A DNA stretch of 60,940 nucleotides, counting the filler, from Sphacelaria rigidula (Eukaryota), in the NCBI GenBank assembly GCA_964200075.2. It is 8 parts of 8 records of this genome, joined end to end, with 100 filler letters (N's around TTAATTAATTAA, not from the genome) between each part and the next. Parts side by side here need not be neighbours in the genome. Positions count along the whole stretch, not along the records: positions 45,783 to 53,311 come from CAXNAA020014485.1; positions 53,412 to 60,940 come from CAXNAA020014486.1; 6 more parts are not named here. The stretch is one strand, 5' to 3'. Below are positions 49,077 to 60,940 of this stretch, piece by piece (position 1 is the stretch's first letter; every line of letters begins with the position of its first letter). Under the pieces are notes generated by a model that was not told the origin of the DNA, searched no databases, and saw nothing but the letters and a program-made list of their open reading frames with translations. The position numbers and the translations under genes are program-made.

Positions 49077-52000
49077 GATGCATGAGGTTTGCGACACGTC
49101 CTGCGCATACATACAAACCTGTCTGTGCATTGTGGTCATCCCCACGTCATGATGCTACGGTAACTGCAGGTAGGTACAAATACCGGGTTTATGGCACAGG
49201 GGTGCGTAAAAAGAATGAGTACCAAATGATATTACTTCGATGATCGCACAGGTATCGGGGTCATCGTACAGGAATGCGACGACCCCGACAAAACCCAAAT
49301 TTCGGGTGTGAGGTTGAGTTCTACCGTGAGTGGTCCGGGACGACACTCATTGGCTGCAACGGTCGCATTGATGGTATATCGTATTTGGTCATCGAGGACT
49401 CCACTGTTGTATTCATGGCACCATGGCGGCCCACCTGTAGAGACAAGGGACATATTTGTAATCAAGTAGTGTGCTTGAAAAACACCCGGTACTGTCGCTG
49501 TGGTTTTATTCCGTATCCCATGTATCGGAGTCACCTTACAGGGCTGCGGGAAAAAGTAAAGAAATAAATTAAATACAAACCGATCGAACAGGGTGCGATG
49601 ATCCGCAATTTTTGAAAGGTCAGAAACACGAACCATTTTGCGGTATTTTATGGTATGATGTTGTACTCGGTGCGCGCTTCGGCAGGTACTACTGGTGCGT
49701 GCTAACCAGTCACACGACGTGAAATAACGTATGTATATAGCACGCCCTGGCAGTCTAGAACAGGACAATCCGCGTCAACAAAAACAAATCCTGGTCACGA
49801 AGTACTCAACGATCTACGAATGCATGCCAACTATCAAAATCAACGTTCAGCATGCAATGTGCTGTCAAACGGAGGAACTTTGGTGCTGGCTGTTTTTGTG
49901 TGGAATGTGTGGTGTATCGTGTGTATGATAGGCACGGTTTTCTCTAATCTCTACACGAGTGCTCGCTTGGTTCTACTAGGTTCCTCAAGACTAGACACGT
50001 CGAGAAGTTTGGAGGGACATCGACCGTTATCGTATCTGATACATTGCGGTATTACAGAACACAATATATCGGACATCGCGTCCATATACTGCGAAATTTT
50101 ACAGTTATCATCGGATATCGCGTTCCACCATTTTTCCCCTCGATACCCATCCATCAGTAAGTACTACGTAGGTTACGTGACGGCACCGCACATTTTCCTT
50201 CGTCTGGATGCGTCCAAGGCTGGTTTCAACGCTTAACCCGAAAAAATGTCTCCAGAGCAAATAGCACGGACAGTAGCGAAAACAACACGGCAAGTAGGTT
50301 CCCTGTGATGTGATGGCCAACCTGGAGTGCGTTGCGCGCTCTGGCCGATCATCCAGGCACTTTCATCATGCCACACTACGCTGGGCTACACGTCCTGGGG
50401 ATGGTGCCCGTTCGGTACAATAATCAAGATAACCGATTCGTCGCCCAGATGCCCTGAACATTTACAGGCATGTAGCGGATATCAAGGCGAGAGAAACGAC
50501 CCTTGTCTCGGTTCCAAACTCATCGTCGTTCTGAAGTTGCGGCCTAGACAAATACTGGGGAAAATATCTGCAAAAACCTTACTTGAATTTTCAACCTTTC
50601 GGAATGTACATATTTTGGATTGTTCACTCCGGGATTGAGAGTTAGGACCTGAACGCTCGAGAAGAAGGGCGCTTCGAGCCTTTGCGGAGCATTACTGGTG
50701 ATGTCTTTCGTTTGCGTGTTTTTTTCAGGTGATAAACGCGGATCCTTATTTCGGAAGTTCCCTTGGGTGGGCCTAACTAAAAAATAGGGGGGAATGACAG
50801 CAACTCTATTTTTTGTGATGTCCTCGAGGTAGTCGACGCGTTCATTTCCTTGAAAATATCAGGTCTTGGCTCTCACAGCCCGAGTGAACAATCGCTGGAG
50901 ACACTGCTTTGTCTCAAGTAGTGTGACAAGCCTGTAGGCCATGTCTTGAATCGCTTTCCATGGTTGCAGAACCTAGCCCTAAAAAATGCTTTCTGGGTCT
51001 CACGTTCATGTGTTCTTCAACATAACTCGTTATCAGGGCATCATTCGCAAATGACGAAAGGCGGGCACAATCGCGGCAAAAACGCTATCCTAGATATTGA
51101 AATCTGTGTCGCCCCTACATTTTGATGGCGTCGCTTAGTATCACAGTTCAATCACTGGTACCCCCATCAGCCGAAGAAACGTGAAGGGTACGACACACAG
51201 CTCTTTGCACCGATAATCATTAACACGCGAGAGCAATCAGAGCGATGACGAATGCTGTGCACTCGTGGGTCTTCGGCAACGATCCCCTGGTCTCAAACTG
51301 TCGACGGAGCCGTGAGATATCCCCTGGATATATTTTGTTCGCGACGCTAATTCAATTGCAATGCTGCCGCAACGCACTGCAGTACACTGATTGCAGTACG
51401 TTTGAAGCGCAACAAGCAGCCTTCGTAACCAGATGTGGGTGGCATGTACCGTCTGTGGTGATGTCGGCACCGGCGTGGATCGTGGAAGCTCTTGGCGTAT
51501 CGTATGGGATGGACAAGTGAAAAGCTGATTTTCTCGACAAACTATTGCAGGAGGTTTTGGCCGATTTCTCGTGGTATCGTACCATTTACCAGTACCACCT
51601 CCCGTGGCTTTCCCGCGGAAAATTCCATGCGGGAGAACTGCTCAAGCGCGCCCTGAATTGATCATGTTTTATTGCCCGTTTAACCCTCAGACTGCGAGCG
51701 TCGCCTCGGAACAGTTCCACCGGCTGACAGTCCAGGGACACGCAGGGGTTACAGGGGGCGCGCCCGCGCGGGGGGGGGTTGACGGAGGGACGCCTGTTCG
51801 CAGAAGTGCCGAAAAGCTGGCGAAGTCAACCATGTATGCTTGGAAGTTTCCCACGGGAAGTTCTAAGCCAGGAACGGGGCCTACGAGGAGTGGAGTGATC
51901 ATTCCGACCAATCACAGGTATCAAAATGGACATCTTGTTGTCCTACACGTAGATCGCGTTTATGGTAGACCACCTCGAAACTTAGCGATATTTTACCATG

Positions 52001-52236
52001 TTGGCCATGACCGTTCACCCAAAGAGATAGAGGGTGCTTTTTACCCTGCTCGTACCTGCCTGCCCCCTTTTATGCCGCCAGTATAGCTTGATACCAACTG
52101 TAGTGTTGCTGTGAAGCACTAAGGAGAGACATAGGCGGCGTGCAGTAGAGTGTGTTCAGTCGACAACAATGGGGTGCTGGGTGTTCCTTACCGTTGTGCT
52201 CAGCCACCGACGGTGGAAAACAAATCGCATCATGTA

Positions 52237-52772
52237 CGAGCTGGGCCAGCCTAAAATCGGATTTAAGATTTAAAACAAAAATCTCATCGATACAGACGAG
52301 TTGGGCCGTGATCCGCATATCGTATTAATCGTCTCATCGAGGGGAAGGTGCCCATCTGCTCAAAACTCTGGGCCAATATTTCACGGTTGGGACGAATCAT
52401 CGCCGGTTCGAATCACCAACTATACGATTTTTCAGGCCCGACTGCTCACGAAAGAGTAAAAAGTTGACCGCTGGTCCAAAAGGTCTCAGCGCAATTATTG
52501 CGCCATTCCACGTACGTGCCGGGGCTGCGCGTACCTGGGCCGCAAAGCTGAAAACAAAGCCGAAGGATTGATTCGTACCGTACGAACCAATCACACTAAA
52601 ATCAAGTAATTTCCACACGAGTCATTGATTCGTCCGACCCTTGCAATATTCTCTTGTTGATTAAACCCCATGTCTAGTAATTCCTATACCGTACGGCGAT
52701 AGCGTCCACACTAAAATCTGCATGAGACCCCGAACGATACATTCAGCGGATGATGACGATTTTTGGTGTGGA
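52237..52772. mobile_element. Truncated family A element, interrupted by a family H MITE
   Basis: Starts TA|CGAGCTGGGCCAGCCT; co-linear with 42233-42510 on both sides of the insertion. Confidence 0.8.
52382..52643 (+). mobile_element. hAT-like MITE family H nested in family A
   Basis: TIR CACGGTTGGGACGAAT / ATTCGTCCGACCCTTG; 8-bp TSD caatattt/caatattc; the empty site is visible at ~42370 and ~31600. Confidence 0.9.
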
Positions 52773-53084
52773 CCTTCCCTAGAGCACGGGAAGACGACAT
52801 ATACCCTCACCTTCATCTAATTCGTTATATATCTCGAGGTATGGCGCACATGAGTTTCCGAACTAAAATCAATATATTACGAGCAGAGGCAGTAGATGCC
52901 CTAAATCTGGATATCGCGTCTCAGTTTTTGAGAGTTGTATGAAATTTCGTATGGAGAACCGCTCGTGCATAAGAAAATGAAATAAAACAGCTTGTTCCCT
53001 TTTTCTTTTCATTTTCTTCATTTGTTTTCGTGTTTTGAGTGAAGCATTGAGGGGAAATGAACATTGCACAGGCACCGTAGGTAA

Positions 53085-53311
53085 GGTAGGTTCCCGATAC
53101 CGATATTTGGGACATCTCATACCCTACCGATACCGGTCCAATCGGGTATTTTCATATGTCATGTATACGATACCGAAGATACCATGGAATTTCGAGATTT
53201 CAATATCTACGGTACCCGCTCGATCGGGTATTTTCAAAACTCATACCTACGATACCCACGATACCACGGTATTTCGATATTTCAATACCTACCGTACCCG
53301 CCCAATCGGGT
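53085..53311. repeat. CGATAC(C)-rich subterminal-type repeat (probable MITE fragment)
   Basis: Many cgatacc/ggtatc motifs in both orientations; a similar composition occurs at ~48630-48780. Confidence 0.45.
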
Positions 53312-53772
53312 NNNNNNNNNNNNNNNNNNNNNNNNNNNNNNNNNNNNNNNNNNNNTTAATTAATTAANNNNNNNNNNNNNNNNNNNNNNNNNNNNNNNNN
53401 NNNNNNNNNNNAGGATGCGAGGAGTATACTAAAGCTCGGAAGGAAGTAAAAAATATGGTACAGTAGAAAAGGAAGGTGTCAAATGAAGAGAGAATTGTCA
53501 CGTTAGCTGCTTGACGCAGGGTGGTGATGTCGGATGCCCAAAGGATCAAATAAATGACCTTTCGATTGAGATGCTAGCTACAATTGGTTGTATGCTCAGC
53601 TGCGGACAATAGAACAGGTGTGTACAAATAGACAGGTGAGTAGAACTAACGTTGTATAATACACTGAGGGGGAGACTCACGTATAGTCTCCTTAGATCCT
53701 GAGGTTCAATCACCTAAGAAGGGTATAGCTGAAGTCTATTAGACGCTGGCGAAGTCTCAATTAGTATTGTAT

Positions 53773-53985
53773 ATGTAATGCGTGAGAGGACCGCGTGCTT
53801 AGAGGACCGCGCCGTAGTTCAAAACACCTCAGGCTCGACGTTCTTCAAAACCAATCGGGTCAGTCCCTGGAGGTACCACACCCCTGACCATAACCCTAAC
53901 ACTAACCCTGACTCTAAGTCTAACCATAGGGATGTTCAGATTCCGATGCGGTCCTCTAAGCACGCGGTCCTCTCACGCATTACAG
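53773..53985. mobile_element. Small MITE with ~37-bp TIR and internal telomere-like hexamers
   Basis: TGTAATGCGTGAGAGGACCGCGTGCTTAGAGGACCGC is mirrored at 53948-53984; right flank TA; interior accataaccctaacactaaccctgactctaa. Confidence 0.85.
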
Positions 53986-54808
53986 TATATACCGAATGAA
54001 TCTAGACGACATGCGGCATTTATGGAGAGTTGATTTGGACAGCTCCGAAACACGCAACTCACCTCCTCTCATGAGATGAGGTATTTGATCCTGGGACACG
54101 AGCAATCCCACTGGCTGCCAATGCGTAGCTTGAGTGACAATCAATTTCTCCTATCATGACAATTATGGGACTTCTTCGCTGGGCCTATTCTCTGTATTGC
54201 TTGTTCGAGTTGCTGTTGTTTCTGGCGCCGTCACCTGGCGTGAAGTCGGTTCGTTTTTTCCACTACAGGCGTGCGCTCGCGTAGTTTTTGTTTGTAGCGG
54301 CCACTTCATTGTTTACAACATGCGCTGGCAGAACCCAGTACTCGTTTTTTTGTTTCGACCCCTGTGCTTCGCTCACGCTGTTGGATTGTACACAGACTCG
54401 TGATGGGTAGGATCAATCACGTTTCCCGTATCAAACGCGATCCCCTTCCCCCGCATGCTCAGCTCGGATTGTGCTGAAGCTTGCGATCGTCGCTTCTCGA
54501 GCGCGACAACTGCAATCTGTAGTGCATTACAGTACAACATGGTCTATACTGTACTAAAGATTTGGCATTGTTTGGGTTGCATATGTACTCATCGCCCGCC
54601 GTACTGCATGTCACCCCCGCCCACCCCCACCTCAGCTAATTGCAGGGGAAATCATGATACTGCCAACGAGTACTGCCAGTTGAGCTGCTACGCCATGCAT
54701 ACAGGTGTCGCGACATTGTCGACGCGCAGCTGGAATCGCGCTAGTTGCTGTTTTGTATTTTTGCCAAACCTTCGCAAGTGCTAAAACTGGACTTGATGGA
54801 TTGGTGTC

Positions 54809-54931
54809 GCTCACTGTGCTTCACGAGTACACAGTTATTATTTTTCATGGCGGCATGATTTAAACTTCGTCGCTGCTCACTGTGCTTCACGAGTACACAG
54901 TTATTATTTTTCATGGTGGCATGATTTAAAC
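54809..54931. repeat. Tandem duplication with a 66-nt period
   Basis: gctcactgtgcttcacgagtacacagttattatttttcatgg.ggcatgatttaaac occurs twice. Confidence 0.92.
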
Positions 54932-55399
54932 CTACGACATCTCTGTACAGTGTGTGTTGTGTGTTGCCGTTTCATCTATTCTGGGCGTCGATCTACACCT
55001 TTCGGCATATGTGGGCGCACCAGCCGGGGTCACACAGGAGGAGGTTCAACATAGGAGTTTCTTTTTCTTTTTTATTTGTTTTCCTACCCCACCTTCCTTC
55101 TGCGGTGCTTACCTGGTTTTTTATCGTGAGGGAAATTCAGCAGTCTCTTTCCCTCGTCGACCATCAAGTCGTTTTTGTACAGTACTGCATGAAAGAGTCA
55201 CTTTATACCAGGCACTCTTGAGATTGTGTCGTACAACCCAATTTTTTTTCCAAGGTTCCTGCGATCTTTTCCTAATAATCTCCTGCGTTCACCTCGCCCC
55301 AACACCTCATTAGTTAGGTGGCAGGCCGGATAAATGTGCGGCGTGCACTAAGCTGCATGGCGAATAAAACCCATCTACTGCAGCCAACATCTGACATTC

Positions 55400-56350
55400 A
55401 AACTTCTACGAGCACGACGGAATCATGACGTTTTCTTACTTTGTTGCCCTTCTTGGTTCAAATTTCAGCAGCGGGGGTGGTTTCCACTGTTCCGTCTCGG
55501 TGGCTGGAATGGATCATATATGGAATAAGTCAGAGGCTTAGGTCATGTCTTCAGCGTCGGTACCAACCACCGTCGTGATCACCAGTCGGTTCTCTCCTTG
55601 GCTTTTCGCACCATGAAATTGACGATGAGCACATAAAATCAGCACGTCCACGGAACTTATCGAAACACCGATGTGGAACCGTTACGTCGACCCCCTCCTT
55701 CAAACTGACTACATCCGCCCCTGTAAGGATACATATCAATGTCGTGGCATTTGGTTTCATGAAAAAAACTGGGTATACCGCGGCCGAATGTGTACCCATA
55801 TATCTGATGCGCACCTGTGAGAAGCTTTTCACAAACGCGTTCGGTGTGCTCAGATCATTTTCTTTTGACCAAATCCTCACAATACGGGCGTATGCGTTAA
55901 AACCGTGGCCCTCAACATCGCGATTAGCGCGGTTCGAACAATCACCCCCGATTTGATATTGTAACCACGGTAGTGATCACAGCAATCTCAACCCACAGTT
56001 CAAGCAGTCATAATTCAAGGCTCGGGCTCAAAGGCTTTCGGCCCAAGCCTACCAATATCTGATTCTGGCGCTTTTACCCGTATGTACAGGGTCAATCATA
56101 AGACGGCACACGACCCCTTGTGCTTGAACTTGCACAACGGTTGAGCCCCACCAGATGATTTCTATCCCTCCACTACTACACGCGCCACTGGACGATGTTT
56201 TGGATATTACCAAACCCCGCGTTTTCAAATAAGCATACAGTGGAACGATTCAGAGTGTACCAGTGCCTCGAAATTCGGCCGTCGTCCTCTGCCCGTTTTG
56301 AATACACTTCGCGTTCATTCCTCATTGTCTGCCACAGGCCCACATTAGGG
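55400..56350 (-). pseudogene. GT61-like glycosyltransferase pseudogene
   Basis: NRANRDVEG...NDLSTPNAFVKSFSQVRIRYMGTHSAAVYPVFFMKPNATTLICI matches the GT61/DUF563 pattern (F..adi.vG.HGAgl.n..FM.P...viei); stops in the flanking frames. Confidence 0.5.
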
Positions 56351-58066
56351 AACGAACGGTTGGGTGTCATAAAGAGGGAATAGCTAATGCACTGGCTGGG
56401 GTCTCCCAGTATGAGTGCCAGGAGATACCATGGTGCCAACCCACCAAGCTCCCACGTGGGCAACCTCACACAGACCTAGCTATCCTTCCTTGAATTTCAC
56501 AAAGTAGATTCATTCATGTTCAGACTCTTGATAAGGAACTCACGTGTTTGCTTAGCAGCATCTTTTATCTATAAGCCTCTCTTACTCAGTACAGCCGCAG
56601 GGCAGCCATAGGAGCAGAGCGTAGTGATGGCCCAGGGTAGAGACCAAGGCAAGCCAGTAACTGATCAACATGGGGCGACGCGGCCTGCGGCCGCGGATGA
56701 ACAACCCCAACTAATGACAGTAGCAAACGCGATAAGAGCGCGTCACGGAATCCAGGGTCTACGAGCAGACCCGCATAGAGTATATCTTGCAACGCCTCTG
56801 AGCTTCATCACATGGAAGTGCCCCCCCCCCCTTTTCTTTCGCTCGGCCAGTAGACACACATCACAAAACTGAATCAATGTTGTCCGGCACGGGTTCAGGT
56901 TTGTGGTGCGGGTACACTGGGCTCGATCAGACTGTCATGATGGGTTCCATAGCAACAGAATCCCGTGCATCGTTGCATGACTCCCAATTGCACAATGACC
57001 AACCCCAGTGTTTTATTTATGGAGCTGGTCACCTAGTTTTCCCTGCAAGTGGTATTAATCATAGCCAGTTGGACCCTTTCCCCTCGCGGGATCGGCAGTC
57101 ATGTAGTGTAACACCTCCCGCCTCCGAAGCAGGTACATATTTTGTTACGGTAGCTGTTAACTCTGCGACCGTTTTTTGCAGGACAATAAAATCAAGGCCA
57201 CACACCAGCCCCCAAACATGTTTAGGTGCCCAGCCGACCCCTATTAAACCCACGAACGAAATGACGTCGGTACCCGGTTCCCTTTCATTTGGTGAGCGTA
57301 ATTTTTCGAGCACGGAGCGCAACCGCGTCGAACCCGGCTTTCCGTCGCTCAGTGAGTTGGGAAGGAACCCCAAGCACAGCGCCGGTGGAGCGCCAAGAGC
57401 GTGACCGAGGGCGGACTGTCCTTGACCAATTCCCAATAGCCCCCGGAGCAGCCGAACCTGTGGTGCGCTATACGCGTCACCCTCGGCGGGCCCCTCCGGA
57501 TGACCCTGTAGATATCCCTGATGACACAGTTGCACCCGTCCACCGAAGTCGTGAACGGGTGTGGGTTTCATTAGATGAAGACGACACTGTCGACCAGGCC
57601 GGTGTTTCCCAGATTTCGAACAGATCAACACTGCTCCCTGCTGACCCCTCACATACTATGTTAGAACCAACCCCCCACTAAAATGGTGTTGTCATCTCTT
57701 GGGTCAGATACCTCGCTGCTAGTTGGGCGTTCGCCTCCTTTTCATGAAAACCCCCCGTCTGAGTCTCTATCACAAGGGAAACATAGCGTAGTGACCGACG
57801 AGCCGTCCACGCTTGACCGCTCGTCCCCTATTTTAGCAATGTTATGCCCAACCATCACGGGTAGCGAATTGACTTGAGTGTAGCCAAATCGCCTTCACCC
57901 TTTGCCGAAACGTCCCCTCGTTGCCCATACCAGATCCTGCACCCTCGCCAGGTTCGCAAACCGACGCTTCGCTACTTGTCGCGGGCGACTAAGGTATCTC
58001 AAAACAAACACAACAGTTGTCGCGGTCAGCCACGACAACTGCTCTTCCCAAGCATCATCCATCCAC

Positions 58067-58327
58067 GAGTCATCCTACGATAGGGGGGGGTATTTGATTG
58101 CACGAAAAAAAAGGCTTATAAGTGTGTCAGATGACCTGCAACACTCGCGATGCGCTTGTATTTGGTTCAAAACGGCGTCAATCGGTATGAATAAGCGTTA
58201 TGTATATATAACAAGCTATATCAGGCTCGTTCGAGCAACCGTTGCTGATTTCAGCGGCAATTTGCCTTGGAATTTCGTGCAAGAAGTGGCCCATGATACC
58301 CCCCCCCCTATCGTAGTAGGATGACTC
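58067..58327. mobile_element. Sola-like MITE family S1, inserted at the 5' side of the Gypsy RT region
   Basis: TIR GAGTCATCCTACGATAGGGGGGG / CCCCCCTATCGTAG(TAG)GATGACTC; 4-bp TSD CCAC. Confidence 0.82.
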
Positions 58328-58329
58328 CC

Positions 58330-60850
58330 ACACAGTATACGAAATTCAACACTCGACAGATTCATCAATTCTGTGATAGACACTCCGTGCCCCAACCCAC
58401 CTTCGAACAGAAACCTTGCTCCGAAGGATCATCACCGTGTGTATTTTAGCGCAGCCGCTCGCAATCACAAGCACGGTTTGTCCACAGATTTCTTGCCAGA
58501 ATTTGGATCGGATCTATTTAGCGGGACTGCAATCATGGATGATGGCTCCCTCCACAACAAAAATAGTGCATCAGCCTACCACCAACTCGTGATGGACCCG
58601 CAATCCAAAGAACTGACGGAGTGTTGTATACCGTCAGGCTTACGAATGGCTGGGAACACCACGAGGTGCAGCCGGCACCCCCGGGGCGTTTTACCGTGTG
58701 ATGGTTTTGGTGAATGATGGATTCTCCAAGTGCCATGTGTACCCTGACGATGTGGTAATACACGGTAGCACACTTTCGAACATGCCGAGCACTTGGCGTA
58801 TTTCTTCGCTCTATTCGAACAGCATACCTTGAAACTTGCCCCGTCCAAATCCCGCGTGGGAGCGACTAGCATCGCATTCCTGGGCCACTGTATCACTCCT
58901 GAAGGTCGTAGTCCAAACCTCAACAAGGTTGCCGCACTTACAGATATGCCCATGCCACGGGATACATCTCAACTGCGCTCCTTGCTCGGCGGTTTCAGTT
59001 ACTACCGACATTATTCGCCGAACCTAGCCTAAATTTTGAAACCTCTCACCTCTCTCCTGAAAAAAATGAGGAGTGAAAATTGCGTTCACGTCGGGAATGA
59101 AGAAAACAGTACGTCAACTGCTTGACACACTTTCGCGACCACCAATCTTGGTTTTCCCAGACTGGTCGGCCGCAGAAAATGGTTCACGTCCGTTCCGACT
59201 TTACACGGATTCCTCTAAATTTGCCACCTTGGAGAAGGAACAACCAGATGCTAATATTTGCCCCATTAAATATTGGAGTCGAACCACCCACCCAAACGAA
59301 CAAAACTGGTCGGTCATGGAGCAAGAGGCCGGCGCGATTGTTTGGGGAGTGAGACGTCTCCGTCACTACATGTATGACATTCCGTTCGTGATTTATACAG
59401 ATCATTAGTCTTTGGAAAACCTCGACAGTTCTGCCTTGGAACGTATTACGGATCCCACAGAAGACATTGTATATTTCATTAGCAGAAGCGGTCATAGCGA
59501 AATGTACACACCATTCTCACTGAACAACAACTCGGAAATTGTCATCAACGGGCTGACGACTACAGCTCACGCTTCTGTACTAGGCAGTATGCCACCACAA
59601 TCGATGTATTCAGTTTGGAGTGGAGCTAGTGCAAACCCGAGCGGGTATGATCAGTTATTTTCGTGCAACTGGTCATCGTATGGTTTGTGCTGCAGATGTA
59701 GAACCGTCTTGTGCTGACTTCGTCCTCCCGATTCGAGTTCGAGATCCCATCTCGAACAGAACCCGGGAACGGCGGGCCGCCGATACGGCCGCCATCCTGG
59801 CGGTCTTTGGCCCGAACCTTCCCATCCCGGTGCGCGATACTTCCCTTGCGCCCCCTCAACCACCGCGGCGCAAGCCCCCCGGAAAATCGACCCCATCCAC
59901 GGCACCCCTTCCTACAATATCCGAAGCCTCGGCTTTGCCCCCCTTCTATGGTGATGATGTACCCACTGATACCTCACCATCCGATGCGCTCGTCGACGTA
60001 GAATTCGAAGACAATGTTTCGCTTGAAAGTACACTAACTGATCCCCCCGACCATGATCCAAATATCCCTGATTCGAGTCAACACCGACGTGACACGAACC
60101 CCTTCATTTTGGACAAACCATCGGACAGTGTATTTGAGGAACGTTTGACTCTTCTCTCCCACGACGATTGGACCAGGGAGCAAGAACCTGACCCTGCTTG
60201 TAGAGCGGCTATGCATTATCGATACAAAGATTGCCTCCTTTTCCAGCAACCGAATTCCCCTTGTCCGTTGGGAACCACAAAGCCCCCACACAGGATGAAG
60301 TTACTGAACTATCACGAGAATGTGTGCTTAATACAGATGATGACGGTGTCGTTCTCTTAGTTCGCCGGCCCACAGCGCCCCTTCGTGTGGGTGAACCTAC
60401 CAGTAAACATGCCTGTTTGTTAGGTGATGACCCCACACGAATTTATGTGCCGATGCTGCTGCGCCCATGGGTTCTCCATGAGTGTCATTCGCAAGTATCG
60501 ACACATCTGGGAGTTGCTTGGACCTCCCAGATGCTTGAGCGTTCTTATTGGTGGATTTGTATGGAGCAGTGTATATTTTGGTGGGTGAGCGTTTTGGGTT
60601 TTGTGTGAGGCGCGAACAACCTCGCGCCAAACGGTTCGATGGCCGGTTATTTTCATGCCACTCGCCAACGGGCCTGGTGAAGTGGCCTCATGGGATTATT
60701 TTGGTCCGTTGCCTCTCCCTGATAGTGGTGAACAAGTACAGTTTGTTGTTTTCGGATCGGTTTAGTCGACACGCGGTGATGCATGCTGTGTCGGAAACCA
60801 ACTAAAGTGCGGGAGGCACAGCCCACGTCCTTGTGTACACATACATGCCG
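58330..60850 (+). mobile_element. Degenerate Ty3/Gypsy LTR retrotransposon pol (RT - RNase H - integrase); upstream 57290-58066 probably belongs to it
   Basis: RT: SAYHQL..., LKLAPSKSRVGATSIAFLGHCITPEG, LRSLLGGFSYYR. RNase H: PPILVFPDW..RPFRLYTDSS..YWSR..NEQNWSVMEQEAGAIVWG..FVIYTDH. Integrase: YVP..LRPWVLHECH..HLG..ERSYWW, DYFGPLP, LFSDRFSRHA. Domain order is Gypsy; stops and frameshifts present. Confidence 0.93.
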
Positions 60851-60940
60851 CCGCAGCACCGCAGAAGGAAGGTGGGGTATTAAAAACAAATAAAAAAGAA
60901 AAAGCTCCTGTGTTGACCTTCCTCCTGTGCGACCCCGGCT

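Noticed and set aside
7532..53411. Regularly spaced identical TTAATTAATTAA motif (CRISPR-like or satellite periodicity)
   Set aside because: It is an artificial six-frame-stop linker between length-sorted contigs. Gene neighbourhood across linkers has no biological meaning.
194..60889. Most short ORFs in the supplied track
   Set aside because: They fall in introns, MITEs or microsatellites, or run across N linkers, and many start at non-ATG codons. This is expected noise in intron-rich eukaryotic DNA.

Overview
This is not one locus. It is eight unrelated eukaryotic contigs of about 7.53 kb each, sorted by length and joined by artificial 100-nt linkers (N44-TTAATTAATTAA-N44): 1-7531, 7632-15162, 15263-22792, 22893-30422, 30523-38052, 38153-45682, 45783-53311 and 53412-60940. 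Short exons in long GT-AG introns, a ciliary TMEM231 gene and the retroelement types suggest a brown alga (Phaeophyceae); this is inference. Host genes that can be rebuilt by hand with consistent splice phases: most of GPN3 (7 exons, minus strand), five exons of TMEM231 (plus), one exon of a GLUT-like sugar transporter, and the 5' exons of an FAD-dependent oxidoreductase. Much of the rest is repeat. It includes a decayed Ty3/Gypsy pol, LINE 3' ends with C-rich tails and tRNA-derived SINEs. It also includes MITE families with readable TIRs and target-site duplications (TSDs): hAT-like (8-bp), Tc1/mariner/Stowaway-like (TA) and Sola-like (GAG ends, 4-bp), some of them nested. Decayed coding relics include a probable KDZ (Kyakuja-Dileera-Zisupton) transposase, an otubain-type OTU protease, a GT61-like glycosyltransferase and a possible MULE transposase. 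I found no CRISPR array, rRNA or intact tRNA. All family assignments come from motif recognition by eye, not from database searches.
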